From NCBI GenBank assembly GCA_021325135.1, contig JAJPHT010000036.1, positions 95,491-159,490 of the forward strand: a DNA stretch of 64,000 nucleotides, read 5' to 3'. This stretch comes from Pseudomonadota bacterium. GTDB taxonomy: Archaea; Thermoplasmatota; SW-10-69-26; JACQPN01; JAJPHT01. Below the pieces are notes generated by a model. That model was given only the letters and a program-made list of their open reading frames with translations, made no database searches and had not been told where the DNA came from. Shown here one piece after another: positions 37,801 to 47,511 of this stretch. How positions within the stretch are numbered: the stretch's first letter is position 1; each line of letters starts with the position of its first letter. The translations under genes and the position numbers were made by a program.

Positions 37801-38554
37801 CCCCTCCCACGGTCTCCAGCGCCGCCACGACCGGCGCGTCCGCCGTCACGCGCAGGTCGTAGGCGAGGTCCGCAGAGGGGAGCGCGAGGCGCGCGGGCGC
37901 GGCGAGCCCGTCGGCCAACGTCTCGGGGGCCGCGCCGGGGGAGAGGCGCTCCACCTTCACGCGCGCGTCTCCCGCGGCGGGGAGGACGACGAGGCGGAGC
38001 GTGGCATCAGGCGGGATGGCCGGGACCCGGGCCAGGAAGCGGACGCCGGGGCCGGGGCCGAAGAGCGCATCGAGCCTCGCGGAGCCTTCGGGAGAGGGAC
38101 CCGGCACCGGCGCGTGCTCCAGGACGTCGAAGTAGACCTCGACGCGCCGCTCGCCGCTCCAGGCGCCCGGGACGAGCAGCGCCAGCGTGCCGCCTTCGCC
38201 TCCGTGGAGGTCGAAGGGGAGATAGCGCGACGGGAGGAGGGCGCCGGAGGCGTCGACGACGCGGAGGCTCGCGGGGTCCAGCGTCCAGCCTGCGGGCTCG
38301 CCCGCGCCGTCCAGGGGCCACGCGCGCGCGTCGCGCACCGCGGCGCGCAGGTCGAGGGGCGCCAGCAGCGCGACGTCCGAGGCGCCCGCCAGGTGGACCG
38401 CGCGCCCGTCCACGGGATCGGCCGCGTCGGCGGCCAGGTCCAGCGGCAGGCGGAAGTGCCACGCGGGGTCCCACCAGGGCGCGCGGGCGGCCTCGGCAGG
38501 GGGCGCCGCGAGTGGTGATAGCAAAATGGCGAGGAGGAGGGCGCGCGCCTTCAT
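34850..38554 (-). CDS. 1234-aa secreted surface protein with NEW3/CARDB-like repeats and a PGF-CTERM-like tail
   Basis: ATG 38554 overlaps the upstream stop. Signal MKARALLL.., WWDPAWHFRLPL, repeated LxNxG strands, tail TPAAAPWAALLLALALRRR. Confidence 0.85.
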   Translation of the reverse strand: MKARALLLAILLSPLAAPPAEAARAPWWDPAWHFRLPLDLAADAADPVDGRAVHLAGASDVALLAPLDLRAAVRDARAWPLDGAGEPAGWTLDPASLRVVDASGALLPSRYLPFDLHGGEGGTLALLVPGAWSGERRVEVYFDVLEHAPVPGPSPEGSARLDALFGPGPGVRFLARVPAIPPDATLRLVVLPAAGDARVKVERLSPGAAPETLADGLAAPARLALPSADLAYDLRVTADAPVVAALETVGGDAQPAALAAPALEGGFAGRRFLLPALGGDTTWDVVGASRANATVRACDDGRALASFSAPRLGSASLLVPSGGCARLEADGPVVALARGAQAGGVDRFLQQAVSLDGGPSGSLLVAQRAGGHALLSNLPVGAQAFPLARPNEALSGRAGDPPRETWATRASPSAASEPWALLAPGADATALLGSDGLAVLAGKSGLSFSAPLATDRAPDAPATLEAALELPFAGTRVETDARALNGTPLSRATGTISLAGALATTPDGKAPLAREDTLLQVDVSKPAFLFAWRPGAPFDAFLPGLPPEARATASPVEEHGALLSWSDPAKEAAAKPGDHARLSLSLQNLGAAEDGSPLTEDVALSLEPAPDARCLAAWDARLAASTLPGLVAPGSARVDALVDVPVDARDGDCLSLRLVAQSSQDNATRAEARLVLRARSGFEPVLRALDASGQEAQRVDLALAPGVPSRVSLLLRNAGAQAGDADLSLAAGPGYNATLNATRVHVEPNGTAPLELTLTAPTGSEPPWEFVVEATSVSDPSARDQAVVAAAPRANATVEAHASDRIVRPVPGGSANATILLRNLGGDAEVRVRSVGALPDGWRVALDPPSVLLRAAGARNESGATLDEASVRAEVLAPRGAPVGLSVPLALVVEPTVGAGAAARVGLVAVAANDLALRVEGPDALLGAPASNGTARVTVRSEALAPLDLAVEPLVAPRGWRATLDGLPASLAPGEEARATLHWSVEPGAPPQEGNVTLAILASDATTPAALRSLSIPARTPAAPALVLVAPAEARATPGQPLRLRVVLRNDGNAPADAPATLSPEGIARFADAPEAGLLAPGATRLLDIIVNASADATLTVRAGEASRDVAVVGLRRDLAILDARVEGAPGAQVVNVTLENRGDGDATALLLRVRAGNVTLAQRALPGLAAGGRATHVLLVGDAPAGATVDLLGSDGAADAQATLQGAAPLRATPAAAPWAALLLALALRRRSS

Positions 38555-41500
38555 CGCCGCCACCTCCGGGCGAGGGCCAGCGCAGCCACGGCCAGGAGCG
38601 CAAGGGGCAGGCCGGCGTCGGGGGCCGCGCGCCGGACGACGCCCACGGCCAGGGGCGACGCGGGGCCCGCCAGCGTGAACGAGCCCAGCCGCGCGTTGTC
38701 TTCGGGCCGCGCGTCGACGAAGCCCTCGCGGGGGGCCAGCACCACGGCGTAGGAGTGCGGGCCTGGCGCGCTGGCGTTCCACGCGAGGTCGGACTCCACG
38801 AGGGCGCCCGGGTCGAGGACGCCCAGGTCGCGCTGCGCGACGCCCGCGCCGTCCACGTACAGCTCCGCCACGGCGGGCGCGGGCACGTCGCCGCGGTTCT
38901 GCGCCGCGATGCTCCAGCGCGCGCCCTCCCGCGTCACGTTGTCCAGCCCCACGTCCGCCACCAGCAGGGTGACGTTGCGCGCGAGGCTCGCGTCCGTCGT
39001 GCCCTCCGCGCGCGCCACGAGCGGGAGCGTCTGCGCCCCGGCGGGCGCCAGCAGGGAGTAGCCCAACGCCGCGGTCGCGCCGGGGGCCACGCGGTAGCTG
39101 CGCGCGGCGGGCGCGGCCGACGAGCCCGGGGGCAGGTCCCACGAGAGGACGCCCTCCTCGGGGACGTTGCCGGCGTTGCGCACGAGGAGTGTTACCTGCG
39201 ACTCGGCCCCCGCCGTGAGGTTCCCCTGGAGGTCAAGGCGGAGGTCGTGGCGCGGCGCGAGGCGGACGGCGCCCTGCGCGCGGCCGGCGAGGTCCTCGCT
39301 GGTCCACGTGACGGAGACGGGGATCGCCCGCGGCGCGTCGTCGCCACCAAGATCCAGGGGCACCTGCGCCACGCGGCGCTCGCCGGGCTGCGAGAGGAGC
39401 GTCGCGGCGCGCAGGCTCCACGAGGCGGGGAAGCCCTCGGTGCGCAGGTGGACCGTCTCCGGCGCGTTGCCGCGGTTGTCCAGGAGGACGGGGAGCGTCG
39501 AGCCGTCGCTGGGGAGGAGCGACACGTCCAGGGCGGGCCGCCGCGGCACGTCGATGCTTCCCTGCGCCGCGTGGACCTTGCCTTCGGCGTCCACCGCGGA
39601 GAGCCCCACCGGCACGCTCCCCGCCAGCGCGGAGTCGGGCGGCAGCGCGCGCACTCTCAGGACGACCCACCCGCCGGCCGGCAGGTCGACGCTGCCTGCG
39701 GCGGTGCCGTTGGCCTCGGTGGAGAGGGCCCATCCGTCGGGAGCCTCGGGCTGGAGGGCGTAGGTCTCGGGGGCGTTGCCCAGGTTCGTGAGGCGGAAGA
39801 GGGCGGAGCGCGCGTCGTCGGGGGGGAGCGGCTGCACGTGGGCCGCCTCCTCGCGCACCAGCGTCGAGAGCGTCGCGGCGTTGTCGTCCAGCGTGGCGCC
39901 GGGCTCGGGCGCGCCGCCCCGCGCGTATGCCGACGCGGTGAGCCGCACGATGCCGGGCACCTGGGGCGTCCAGGAGGCGTTGCGCGTCCAGCTGGCGCCC
40001 GGCGCGAGGTCGCCCACGGGGAGGGAGGTCTCGCCCTCCAGCAGGCTCTCGACGCCCGCGGCCAGGGCGACCTCGACGCCGCGCGCGGCGGCCGCGCCGC
40101 GGTTCTCGACGCGGAGATGATAGCCCACGGGAGCGCCCACCGCTGGCGCGGCGTCGTCCAGCGCTAGGCCGACGCGCAGGTCGGGGAAGGGGAGCGGCGC
40201 CACCGCCGAGGAGAGGCTCGCGGCGTCGTTCGCGCGGTCGGCCTCGGGGACGGCGCCCGCGGGGTCGAGGCGCGCCTCCAGGCGGTAGGTCCCGGCGTGG
40301 CGCGGCGTCCAGGAGATCTCCAGCGCGCGCGTGGCGCCCGCCGCGAGGATGATATCGCCCTTGGGCGACAGGTCGTCGGGCGCCTCGACGACGCCGTCGG
40401 GGGGCCGCGCGAGAAACGAGAGGGGCGCCGCGGCGTCCGCGAGCCCCAGGTTGGCCACGTCCAATTCGACGGTGCGCGGCTGGCCCGCGGGCTCGTCGTC
40501 GCCGCGCACGCGCAGCCCCGTCACGGCGAGGTCGGGCCGCGGCAGGCCCGCCGCGTGGAGCGACCACGTCGCGCTGCGCGTGAGGTTGGGCAGCAGCGTC
40601 GAGCGCAGCGTGAGGGGCAGCGGGACCGGGCCGCGCAAGGGGCCCGCGCCCAGGCTCGGCGCGGTGGTCAGCACGAGGTCCAGGGCGCGCGCGTCGTGGG
40701 CCGGGACCGCCAGCGGGCCCGCCAGGGGTTTCCCCGTGAGGGCGTCCACGAAGGTGGCGTTCCAGCCCGCAGGCAGCGCGGCGGGGCGGCCCGCGGCGTC
40801 GGCCAGCGAGAGGAGGTACGCGTCGCCCAGCTCGCCCTCGTTGCGCACCTCGAAGCGGAGGCGCTTCTGCGCGGCGTCGGGGAGCGCCGCGTCCGGGAGC
40901 GGGCCGAAGGAGGCGTTCAACGGCGTCACCGACGCGTCGTCGATGACGAGGTACGAGGCGCCTCCCGCGGGCGGCCGCGGCGCGTCGACGCGGAGGCGGA
41001 CGGCCTGCACGTCGGGGGCCAGGAGGGGGGAGAGATCGCGCTCCACGGGGGCGAAGCGCCCCTGCGACGCGCCTGGGCTGCGGCCCGCAAGCTGCGCGGC
41101 CGGGGTCCACGCTCCCTGCGTGCCGTTGGCGAAGAGGGGCGCCACCCAGACCGTCGCGGCCGCTCCCGCGGGCAGGTCGTGGAGCACCGCGAGGCGCAGC
41201 CACGCGCCCGCGAAGCCCGCCACGGGGAAGGGCGGCGACTGGAGGCTCGCCACGGTGGCGGAGTCCGTCGCGTCCGCGGGTGGAAGGCCCACGGCGAGGC
41301 CCACCGGCGGGCTCGCGTGGCGCGTCGGGTCCTCCATGGCGCAGGGCGCGCGGGTGAGGCAGTCCCAGCCCGGCGCGGTCGCCGCCTGGTCGGCCGTCGC
41401 GCCGAAGGGCTCCGCGTAGGCGAGCCTGCCCAGGAAGCGCCCCACGTGGAACGTCGCGTTGGCGTCAAGGACGAGCGCGCCCCGGGGCGTCGTGGTCGCG

Positions 41501-44500
41501 ACGTGCGCCACCGCGACGTAGTCGCCCGCGGGGAAGGACGCCGGAGGGCGCCACCTCCACGTCACGTCCAGCGTCTCACCAGGCCCCAGGCGCGCGGCGA
41601 GGGGGCGCGCGTTGGGGAGGAGACGCACGCTCTCGTTGTCGTGGAAGATCTCCAGCGTCGAGGCGCCCAGGGAGGCGGGGTCCTCGCCGTCGTTGGCCAC
41701 GAGGGCGTGGAAGACGATCTCGCCGCCCGAGGCGGGGTCGAGCACCTGGGGCGTGGCGTCGAGGCGCAGCGGGACGACGCGCGAGCGCTCGCGGACGTTG
41801 GCGCCGCCCACCAGGGCGTCCACGCGGTTGTCGGCCAGGAGCGTCTCGCCCGGCGCGGCGGCGAGGTCCGCCTCGACGCGGCTTGCCGACGCGTTCGCGA
41901 CGAGGATCCAGTTGATGTCGACGCCGCGGACGGGGACCTGCGCGGACTCGCCCGGCGCGAGGGGAGGGACCTGGCGCGTCGTCTCGTGGGGCGGGCGCGG
42001 GCCCCACTCGGGGGGATCGAAGACGCGCACGTGGAGCGCGCCGCCGGGCCACGCGGCCTGGCCGCGGTTCACGACCTCGAAGAGGAGCGTGCGATATCCC
42101 TGGGTGAGGGGCGCGTCGGTGGGCGCCAGCAGGCGCAGCCCCGCGCCCTCGCCGTGGCGCAGCACGCGCAGCGTCGCGCCCAGGATCTGCCAGCTTCCTT
42201 CGGTGCCCGTCGCGTCGGCGGAGCCGCGGAAGCGCAGGCGCACCTCGTCGCCGCGGAAGACGTCCGCCTCCAGGCGCGCGCCTCGCGCCTCCCAGAAGTC
42301 GCCGCGCGCCGCGGGCGCCGTCGAGAGCGCGGCGCGCAGCGCGACGAGGACGGGCCGGCCGGCAAACGGCGTGAGGTCGTAGGTGGCGTTGCCGATCTCC
42401 GGCGCCGCGCGCCACGTCCGCCCGTCGTCGTCCGAGGCCTCGACGCCGACCTGGGACGAGCCGTGGAGGGAGCGCGTCTCGTCGAGCCGCAGCGTCGCGT
42501 TGGCGACCGCGGTGGTGAGGTCGACGGGGAAGACGAGGCGCGCGTCCGCGAAGCCGCCCGCTGCGGAATCGAGGCGCCAGCCGCCCGCGGGAAGCGCGCG
42601 CCATGCAGGCGGCGCCATGTCCGCCAGGAGACGGAAGCCGTCGGACGCGGGCGCGAGGGGGAGGCGGGCGTTCGGGTCGTCCTCCGCGCGCAGCCACGTC
42701 GACGCCGCCTCCGCGGTGGCGTTCCCCAGGGGCAGCGGCGCGCCCTCCGCCGTCTCGACGCGGGGCGAGGCGAGGGCGACCCCGCCGAAAGGCGCCGCTG
42801 CATCGTCCGCGAAGCCCGTCGAGCGCGGCGCGAGGGCGCGCACCTCCACGACGAGGCGCGCGCTGCGGCCCGCCAGCGCGGCGCCCGCGCCGGGGAACGT
42901 CGCGGCGAGGTCCGTCCAGCCTTCGGTGGACGAGACGGCGGGGCCCTCGAAGCGCGTCGAGCCATCCGGCGTCTCCAGCGCGAGGCGCGCGAGGCTCGGG
43001 GGCGCGTGCGGATCGCCCGAGACGCCCAGGCTCGCCCAGACGCGGACGCGCGCCTCCAGGTCGCCCCGCGCGCCCGCCGGCACGTCGACGGGGAACGCCA
43101 GCGCGTCGACGCGCAGGAACGCCGTCGCGTCGGCGGGCGCTCCCGCGGGCGCGTCGTGGGGGCCGACGTACCACGCGGTGGCGTTGCCCTCCCGCTGCGG
43201 GCCCGCCCAGCGGTTCTCAGGGTCCGAAGGGACGGGAAGCTGGAGGCGCTCGCGCAGCGCGGGCGCGGCGGAGAGGTCGAAGCGGTCTACGCGCTCGCCG
43301 CCGCTCACGCCCGTGAACGCGGGCGCGCTGGCGTTGGCGTCGAGCGCGCTGGGCGCCAGCAGCGCGCCGGGCTCGCCGCCCGCGGGCGGAACGGGCACCC
43401 ACGGGCCCGAGGGGGAGAGCGCCTCAAGGCGGCCGCCGTCGAAGCCCTCCTCCAGCGCGTAGCGGTGGCGCACCTCCAGCGTGGCGGAGACCGCGCCGCG
43501 CAGGTCGAGCGGCGGAAGCGCCAGCGAGGAGTCGACGCCGGGGCGCGGCTCGAAGCGCCAGACGCCGGTGGCGTTGCTCCACGGGTCCTGGCCCTGCGCC
43601 GCGGCGAGATCGAGGGGGATCGCCTCCTCCACGCGGAGGGGCTGCTCGGCGCCCACGACGGGCGCGGCCCCCGGGAGCGCCAGCGAGGCGACGACGCGGT
43701 ACGCGCCGCTGGAGGAGGGCGTCCACGCGGCGGGAGCGGAGATCGTGGCGCGCTCCCCGGGGGCGACCGGGCGGCCCAGCGCCGCGGCGGCGTCCAGCGA
43801 GACCGGCGCGGCCAGCGCGCTGCGCCCCGACGCGTCGAGCACCTGGAACGATATCGTCGCGGGGCGCGCGGCGTCCAGGGGAAGCGTCCCCTGGTTGATG
43901 ATATCAACCTGGAGACCCAGGGGCGCGCCGGGGCGCGGGTCGCCCTCCACCAGGCCCCCCGCGGGGACCGCCAGCGCGGCGTCCAGCTCGTCGCGCACGT
44001 CCACGGCGCGGGAGAGGAGATCGTCCAAGGGGCTCTCGTCGGGGGGGTCGGTCGCGACGGAGACCCGGAGGACGTGCGGGCCGTAGGAAGCGGGCACCCA
44101 GGCTTGCGGCAGCGCGAGCAGGCGCGAGGCCCCCGGGGCAGGCAGCGCGCCGGGATCGTCCACGCGCAGCGTCTCGGGGCCGTACTCGATCCCGCCCGAC
44201 GCGTTGACGACGCTCACCGTGACGTCCGCCCGGCGCGGCGCGAAGAGGCCGGCATCCGCGAGGCTCACCGACAGGGGGACCGGAGCGCCCAGGCCCACCG
44301 CGGGCGCGACCCCGGGCAGCTCGACCTTGACGTCGTGGGCAGGACCGGGCGCGCCGACGCGCAGGCCGCGGACGGACCACCCTTCGCCCTGGAGCGGCGC
44401 GGAGGCCAAGGCGTGGAGTTCCAGCGCCACGCGGCGCGTGGCCAGCGCGGAGGCCAGCGGCGCGAGGCCGACGCGCACCGGGACCCACGACGCGTTGCCC

Positions 44501-47500
44501 ACCCACGCGGTGGCAGTGGCGCCCGCGGGCACGCGCGCGCCCAGCGCCCGGGCCAGCGGCTGGAAGGCGGGCGCGTCCACGTCCCCGCGGTACGCGCTCC
44601 CCTCCGCGCCCGCGTCGGGCGCGAGCAGGACGCGCTCCTCGGGCTCCGTCGCGTTGGCCTCCAGCACGGCGACCAGCGCGCCGCCCGCGAGGTTGCGCCC
44701 CGCCTGGTCCGCGCCGAAGTCGTAGCGCGTCTCGAAGCGGACCTCCGGCGCGGGGACCCCCGCCAGCGAGACGAACGGCGTGCGGGCCACGCTCCAGACG
44801 GGCTCGCTCGTGGCGGCCCCCGGCGACTCGCGCCACGCCAGCGCGCCCCCCTCCAGGCTCCAGCGGTGGGGCGGCACGTCGGGGAGCGCGACGACGCCCC
44901 ACCCGCGGCCGTGCGCGCTGGGAAGGTCCTGCGCCGCGAGGCCCCAGTCGCCGCTCCACGCCGCGCCGCCCTCCTCGAAGCCCTCCGCGCGCCCCACGAC
45001 GCGCCAGGGCTGCGTTCCGTCCGCGCGCTCCAGGAGGCGCACCTCGTCCACGAGCCAGGTGGGCGCGTCGGGGCTTTGCGCGGTGAGGTTGCCGCCTGCG
45101 ACCTCCAGCGTGAGGCGAAGGCGCTGCGCGCCCGCGTCGGGGTGGACCGGGATCGCCACGCCCTCCCACCCGGCGGTGGCGCGCTCGAACGTCGCCGCGT
45201 CGGGGGCCGCGCCCGCCTCGTCGGGAAGCTCGATCCCCCCGAGAAGCTGCACGTGGCCGCGCACGCCCGCCGCGCCGTCCCACGAGAAGGCGCCGCGGCT
45301 CTCGAAGACGATCTCGTGCTCGCCGGGCCCGGCCGCGGCGTAGAGGTCGGAGAGGTCGCGCTCCACGACGTAGCGCGCCAAGGCCTGCGTGCCGTTGGCG
45401 GCGGCGGGCGCGGGCAGCGCGGCGAGCAGGTCCGCCGCCGAGTAGGGTCCGAAGACGCAGCAGCGCGCGCCGCCCTCGTAGGGCCACGCGCGGCCCGCGG
45501 GCAGGAGCGTGGCCGACCCGTTGGGCGCCGCCAGGACGAGGGGCGCGTAGGCGAGCTGAGCGCCCGGATCGAGGGTGATATCAGCGGCCACGTAGAGGAG
45601 CGTGCCGTCGGCGCCGCCCTCTTCGAGGGTGCCGTTCCCCACCAGGATCGTCGTGCCGTTGGCGGAGAGCGTGAGGTTCTCGTCGGACACGCTCTCGTTG
45701 GCCAGCCGGCTGAGGTTGACGACGCCGACGCGGCTGCCCGGGTCGTCGCACGCGGGCGGGCACGCCAGGAGAAGCGCGCGGGCGTAGCTGACGTTCACGG
45801 GGACGGACGCGCTCTGGTTGGCGGGGAGCGCCACGGGCGCGGCGCCCGGGAGCGCGAGGCGCAGGGGGACGACGCCGCGGACGGAGGAGCCGTTGGCGAG
45901 CCCGTCGCGCGCCCACGCGGCCAGCGCGTGCGTGCCGCGCGGCGCCATCGGGTCCAGCGGAACGGGAGTGCCGTTGTCGAGCCCCCACGCGTCGAAGCCC
46001 CACCCCGGGAGGCGGTCCGCGGCGCCCTCGCTCCAGGGGCGCGCGGGGTCGGCGGGCGGCGCGAGGTCGGGCTGGAGGGCCGGCGGGGGCGAGGCGTCGA
46101 CGTAGGTGGAGAGCGCCGCGCTGGCGGCCCCCTCCGCGCGCGCCTCGACGCGCCATTCGCCGCGCGACGGGGGCGTCCAGCGCAGGTCCAGCGTCGCGGC
46201 GGAGCCGGGCGCGGGCGCCTCGAAGGAGGCGCTCGTCACCTGCTGCGGGGCCGAGCCCAGCTGCCACGCCCAGAGGCCCACGCTGGCGGGCCCGCCCCGG
46301 GTGCCCTCGTTGAGGACGCGCGCGTGGATCGTCTTCGCCGCGCCCAGCGCCGTCACCGCGGAGGCCTCGTCCTGCGCCGCGGAGAGGCCCAGCCGCATCG
46401 CGCTCTCCACGCGCACGCGGACGCACGTCGAGTCATCCGAGGAATCCAGGTCGACGCGCGTGCGGTCCAGGGCCAGGCGCGCGCAGAGCGTCGCGCTCCC
46501 CTTGACGTCGACGTCCTTCGGGAACTGCGCCTGGGCCACCGCGCCCGGAGCGACGGGGCCCACGGGCACGCTCGCCGCCGCGACGGGACGCCCGTCAGGG
46601 CCGTCCGCCTCCAGCGTGACGACCACCGGCCCCGTGGCGGCGGGGCCCCAGTTGCGCACGAGGGCCGCGGGCGCGCCCAGCGAGGCGACCATCCGCCCGT
46701 CCGCGAGCCCCGCGAAGCCTTCGACCGCGACGTCGGGCTCATCCAGCGTGGCGTTCACCTGCACGTCGTCGAGCCCCCACCCCGCGGCGTCGGGCGGGAG
46801 CAGGGCGGAGCTTCGCGCGCGGAACCCCACCTCGATCACGCTCCCGGCGAAGGGGCCCAGGTCGTACTCGGTGCGCAGCGCGCGGGGGGAGGCGCCCACG
46901 AAGCCGGGCTCGCCCGTGGCGAGGCGCCCGTCGTGCATGGCGTAGCCGGGCGCCTCCAGCACGCCGCCCGCCTGCACGAGGGCGTCGTCGGGCACGACGG
47001 GCGTCAGCTCGCGCCAGGGGGACCACACGCCCCCCGCGCCGAGCGCGCGCGCCTCCACGAAGGCGCCGTCGCCGGGCGCGAAGTCCCACTCGTGGAGGAG
47101 GCGCAGCCGGACGTGCGCCGCGCTGGCGACGGAGGGCGCGGCGAGGGAGACGCTGCCGTTGGGCGGCCACGCCAGGGGCTCCACGAGAGAGGGCTGCGCG
47201 GGCGCGGCGGCGCCGGGAGGCAGGGGCGCGCCCGCCACGTGGCGCAGGTCCAGCTCCGGGGCGACGAGGCGCGCGTCGAGGCCCGCGACGTACTGCGTGC
47301 GCGCGGCGCCGCGCTCCACCGCGAAGCCCACGCCGTCGCCCGCCATGAGGTCCACGCGCCAGCCGCGCGACGCGAAGCCCGCCCCGCCGTCGAACGTCTC
47401 GTGGAGGATCGTCGCGTCCACGGGCGGCTCGGGCGCGGCGACGGGCTCGGTGGCGCCGATGGAGGGGAGCGGCAGCAGGAGCAGGAGCGCGAGGAGCGCG

Positions 47501-47511
47501 CGGGCCTTCAT
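38551..47511 (-). CDS. 2986-aa secreted surface glycoprotein with jelly-roll and CARDB repeats and a PGF-CTERM-like tail
   Basis: ATG 47511 overlaps the upstream stop. Repeated HxY..DGG..DLxxFAG..GWxxDDV and PDL..VxNxG..DExDxxND units; tail APDAGLPLALLAVAALALARRWRR. Confidence 0.87.
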   Translation of the reverse strand: MKARALLALLLLLPLPSIGATEPVAAPEPPVDATILHETFDGGAGFASRGWRVDLMAGDGVGFAVERGAARTQYVAGLDARLVAPELDLRHVAGAPLPPGAAAPAQPSLVEPLAWPPNGSVSLAAPSVASAAHVRLRLLHEWDFAPGDGAFVEARALGAGGVWSPWRELTPVVPDDALVQAGGVLEAPGYAMHDGRLATGEPGFVGASPRALRTEYDLGPFAGSVIEVGFRARSSALLPPDAAGWGLDDVQVNATLDEPDVAVEGFAGLADGRMVASLGAPAALVRNWGPAATGPVVVTLEADGPDGRPVAAASVPVGPVAPGAVAQAQFPKDVDVKGSATLCARLALDRTRVDLDSSDDSTCVRVRVESAMRLGLSAAQDEASAVTALGAAKTIHARVLNEGTRGGPASVGLWAWQLGSAPQQVTSASFEAPAPGSAATLDLRWTPPSRGEWRVEARAEGAASAALSTYVDASPPPALQPDLAPPADPARPWSEGAADRLPGWGFDAWGLDNGTPVPLDPMAPRGTHALAAWARDGLANGSSVRGVVPLRLALPGAAPVALPANQSASVPVNVSYARALLLACPPACDDPGSRVGVVNLSRLANESVSDENLTLSANGTTILVGNGTLEEGGADGTLLYVAADITLDPGAQLAYAPLVLAAPNGSATLLPAGRAWPYEGGARCCVFGPYSAADLLAALPAPAAANGTQALARYVVERDLSDLYAAAGPGEHEIVFESRGAFSWDGAAGVRGHVQLLGGIELPDEAGAAPDAATFERATAGWEGVAIPVHPDAGAQRLRLTLEVAGGNLTAQSPDAPTWLVDEVRLLERADGTQPWRVVGRAEGFEEGGAAWSGDWGLAAQDLPSAHGRGWGVVALPDVPPHRWSLEGGALAWRESPGAATSEPVWSVARTPFVSLAGVPAPEVRFETRYDFGADQAGRNLAGGALVAVLEANATEPEERVLLAPDAGAEGSAYRGDVDAPAFQPLARALGARVPAGATATAWVGNASWVPVRVGLAPLASALATRRVALELHALASAPLQGEGWSVRGLRVGAPGPAHDVKVELPGVAPAVGLGAPVPLSVSLADAGLFAPRRADVTVSVVNASGGIEYGPETLRVDDPGALPAPGASRLLALPQAWVPASYGPHVLRVSVATDPPDESPLDDLLSRAVDVRDELDAALAVPAGGLVEGDPRPGAPLGLQVDIINQGTLPLDAARPATISFQVLDASGRSALAAPVSLDAAAALGRPVAPGERATISAPAAWTPSSSGAYRVVASLALPGAAPVVGAEQPLRVEEAIPLDLAAAQGQDPWSNATGVWRFEPRPGVDSSLALPPLDLRGAVSATLEVRHRYALEEGFDGGRLEALSPSGPWVPVPPAGGEPGALLAPSALDANASAPAFTGVSGGERVDRFDLSAAPALRERLQLPVPSDPENRWAGPQREGNATAWYVGPHDAPAGAPADATAFLRVDALAFPVDVPAGARGDLEARVRVWASLGVSGDPHAPPSLARLALETPDGSTRFEGPAVSSTEGWTDLAATFPGAGAALAGRSARLVVEVRALAPRSTGFADDAAAPFGGVALASPRVETAEGAPLPLGNATAEAASTWLRAEDDPNARLPLAPASDGFRLLADMAPPAWRALPAGGWRLDSAAGGFADARLVFPVDLTTAVANATLRLDETRSLHGSSQVGVEASDDDGRTWRAAPEIGNATYDLTPFAGRPVLVALRAALSTAPAARGDFWEARGARLEADVFRGDEVRLRFRGSADATGTEGSWQILGATLRVLRHGEGAGLRLLAPTDAPLTQGYRTLLFEVVNRGQAAWPGGALHVRVFDPPEWGPRPPHETTRQVPPLAPGESAQVPVRGVDINWILVANASASRVEADLAAAPGETLLADNRVDALVGGANVRERSRVVPLRLDATPQVLDPASGGEIVFHALVANDGEDPASLGASTLEIFHDNESVRLLPNARPLAARLGPGETLDVTWRWRPPASFPAGDYVAVAHVATTTPRGALVLDANATFHVGRFLGRLAYAEPFGATADQAATAPGWDCLTRAPCAMEDPTRHASPPVGLAVGLPPADATDSATVASLQSPPFPVAGFAGAWLRLAVLHDLPAGAAATVWVAPLFANGTQGAWTPAAQLAGRSPGASQGRFAPVERDLSPLLAPDVQAVRLRVDAPRPPAGGASYLVIDDASVTPLNASFGPLPDAALPDAAQKRLRFEVRNEGELGDAYLLSLADAAGRPAALPAGWNATFVDALTGKPLAGPLAVPAHDARALDLVLTTAPSLGAGPLRGPVPLPLTLRSTLLPNLTRSATWSLHAAGLPRPDLAVTGLRVRGDDEPAGQPRTVELDVANLGLADAAAPLSFLARPPDGVVEAPDDLSPKGDIILAAGATRALEISWTPRHAGTYRLEARLDPAGAVPEADRANDAASLSSAVAPLPFPDLRVGLALDDAAPAVGAPVGYHLRVENRGAAAARGVEVALAAGVESLLEGETSLPVGDLAPGASWTRNASWTPQVPGIVRLTASAYARGGAPEPGATLDDNAATLSTLVREEAAHVQPLPPDDARSALFRLTNLGNAPETYALQPEAPDGWALSTEANGTAAGSVDLPAGGWVVLRVRALPPDSALAGSVPVGLSAVDAEGKVHAAQGSIDVPRRPALDVSLLPSDGSTLPVLLDNRGNAPETVHLRTEGFPASWSLRAATLLSQPGERRVAQVPLDLGGDDAPRAIPVSVTWTSEDLAGRAQGAVRLAPRHDLRLDLQGNLTAGAESQVTLLVRNAGNVPEEGVLSWDLPPGSSAAPAARSYRVAPGATAALGYSLLAPAGAQTLPLVARAEGTTDASLARNVTLLVADVGLDNVTREGARWSIAAQNRGDVPAPAVAELYVDGAGVAQRDLGVLDPGALVESDLAWNASAPGPHSYAVVLAPREGFVDARPEDNARLGSFTLAGPASPLAVGVVRRAAPDAGLPLALLAVAALALARRWRR

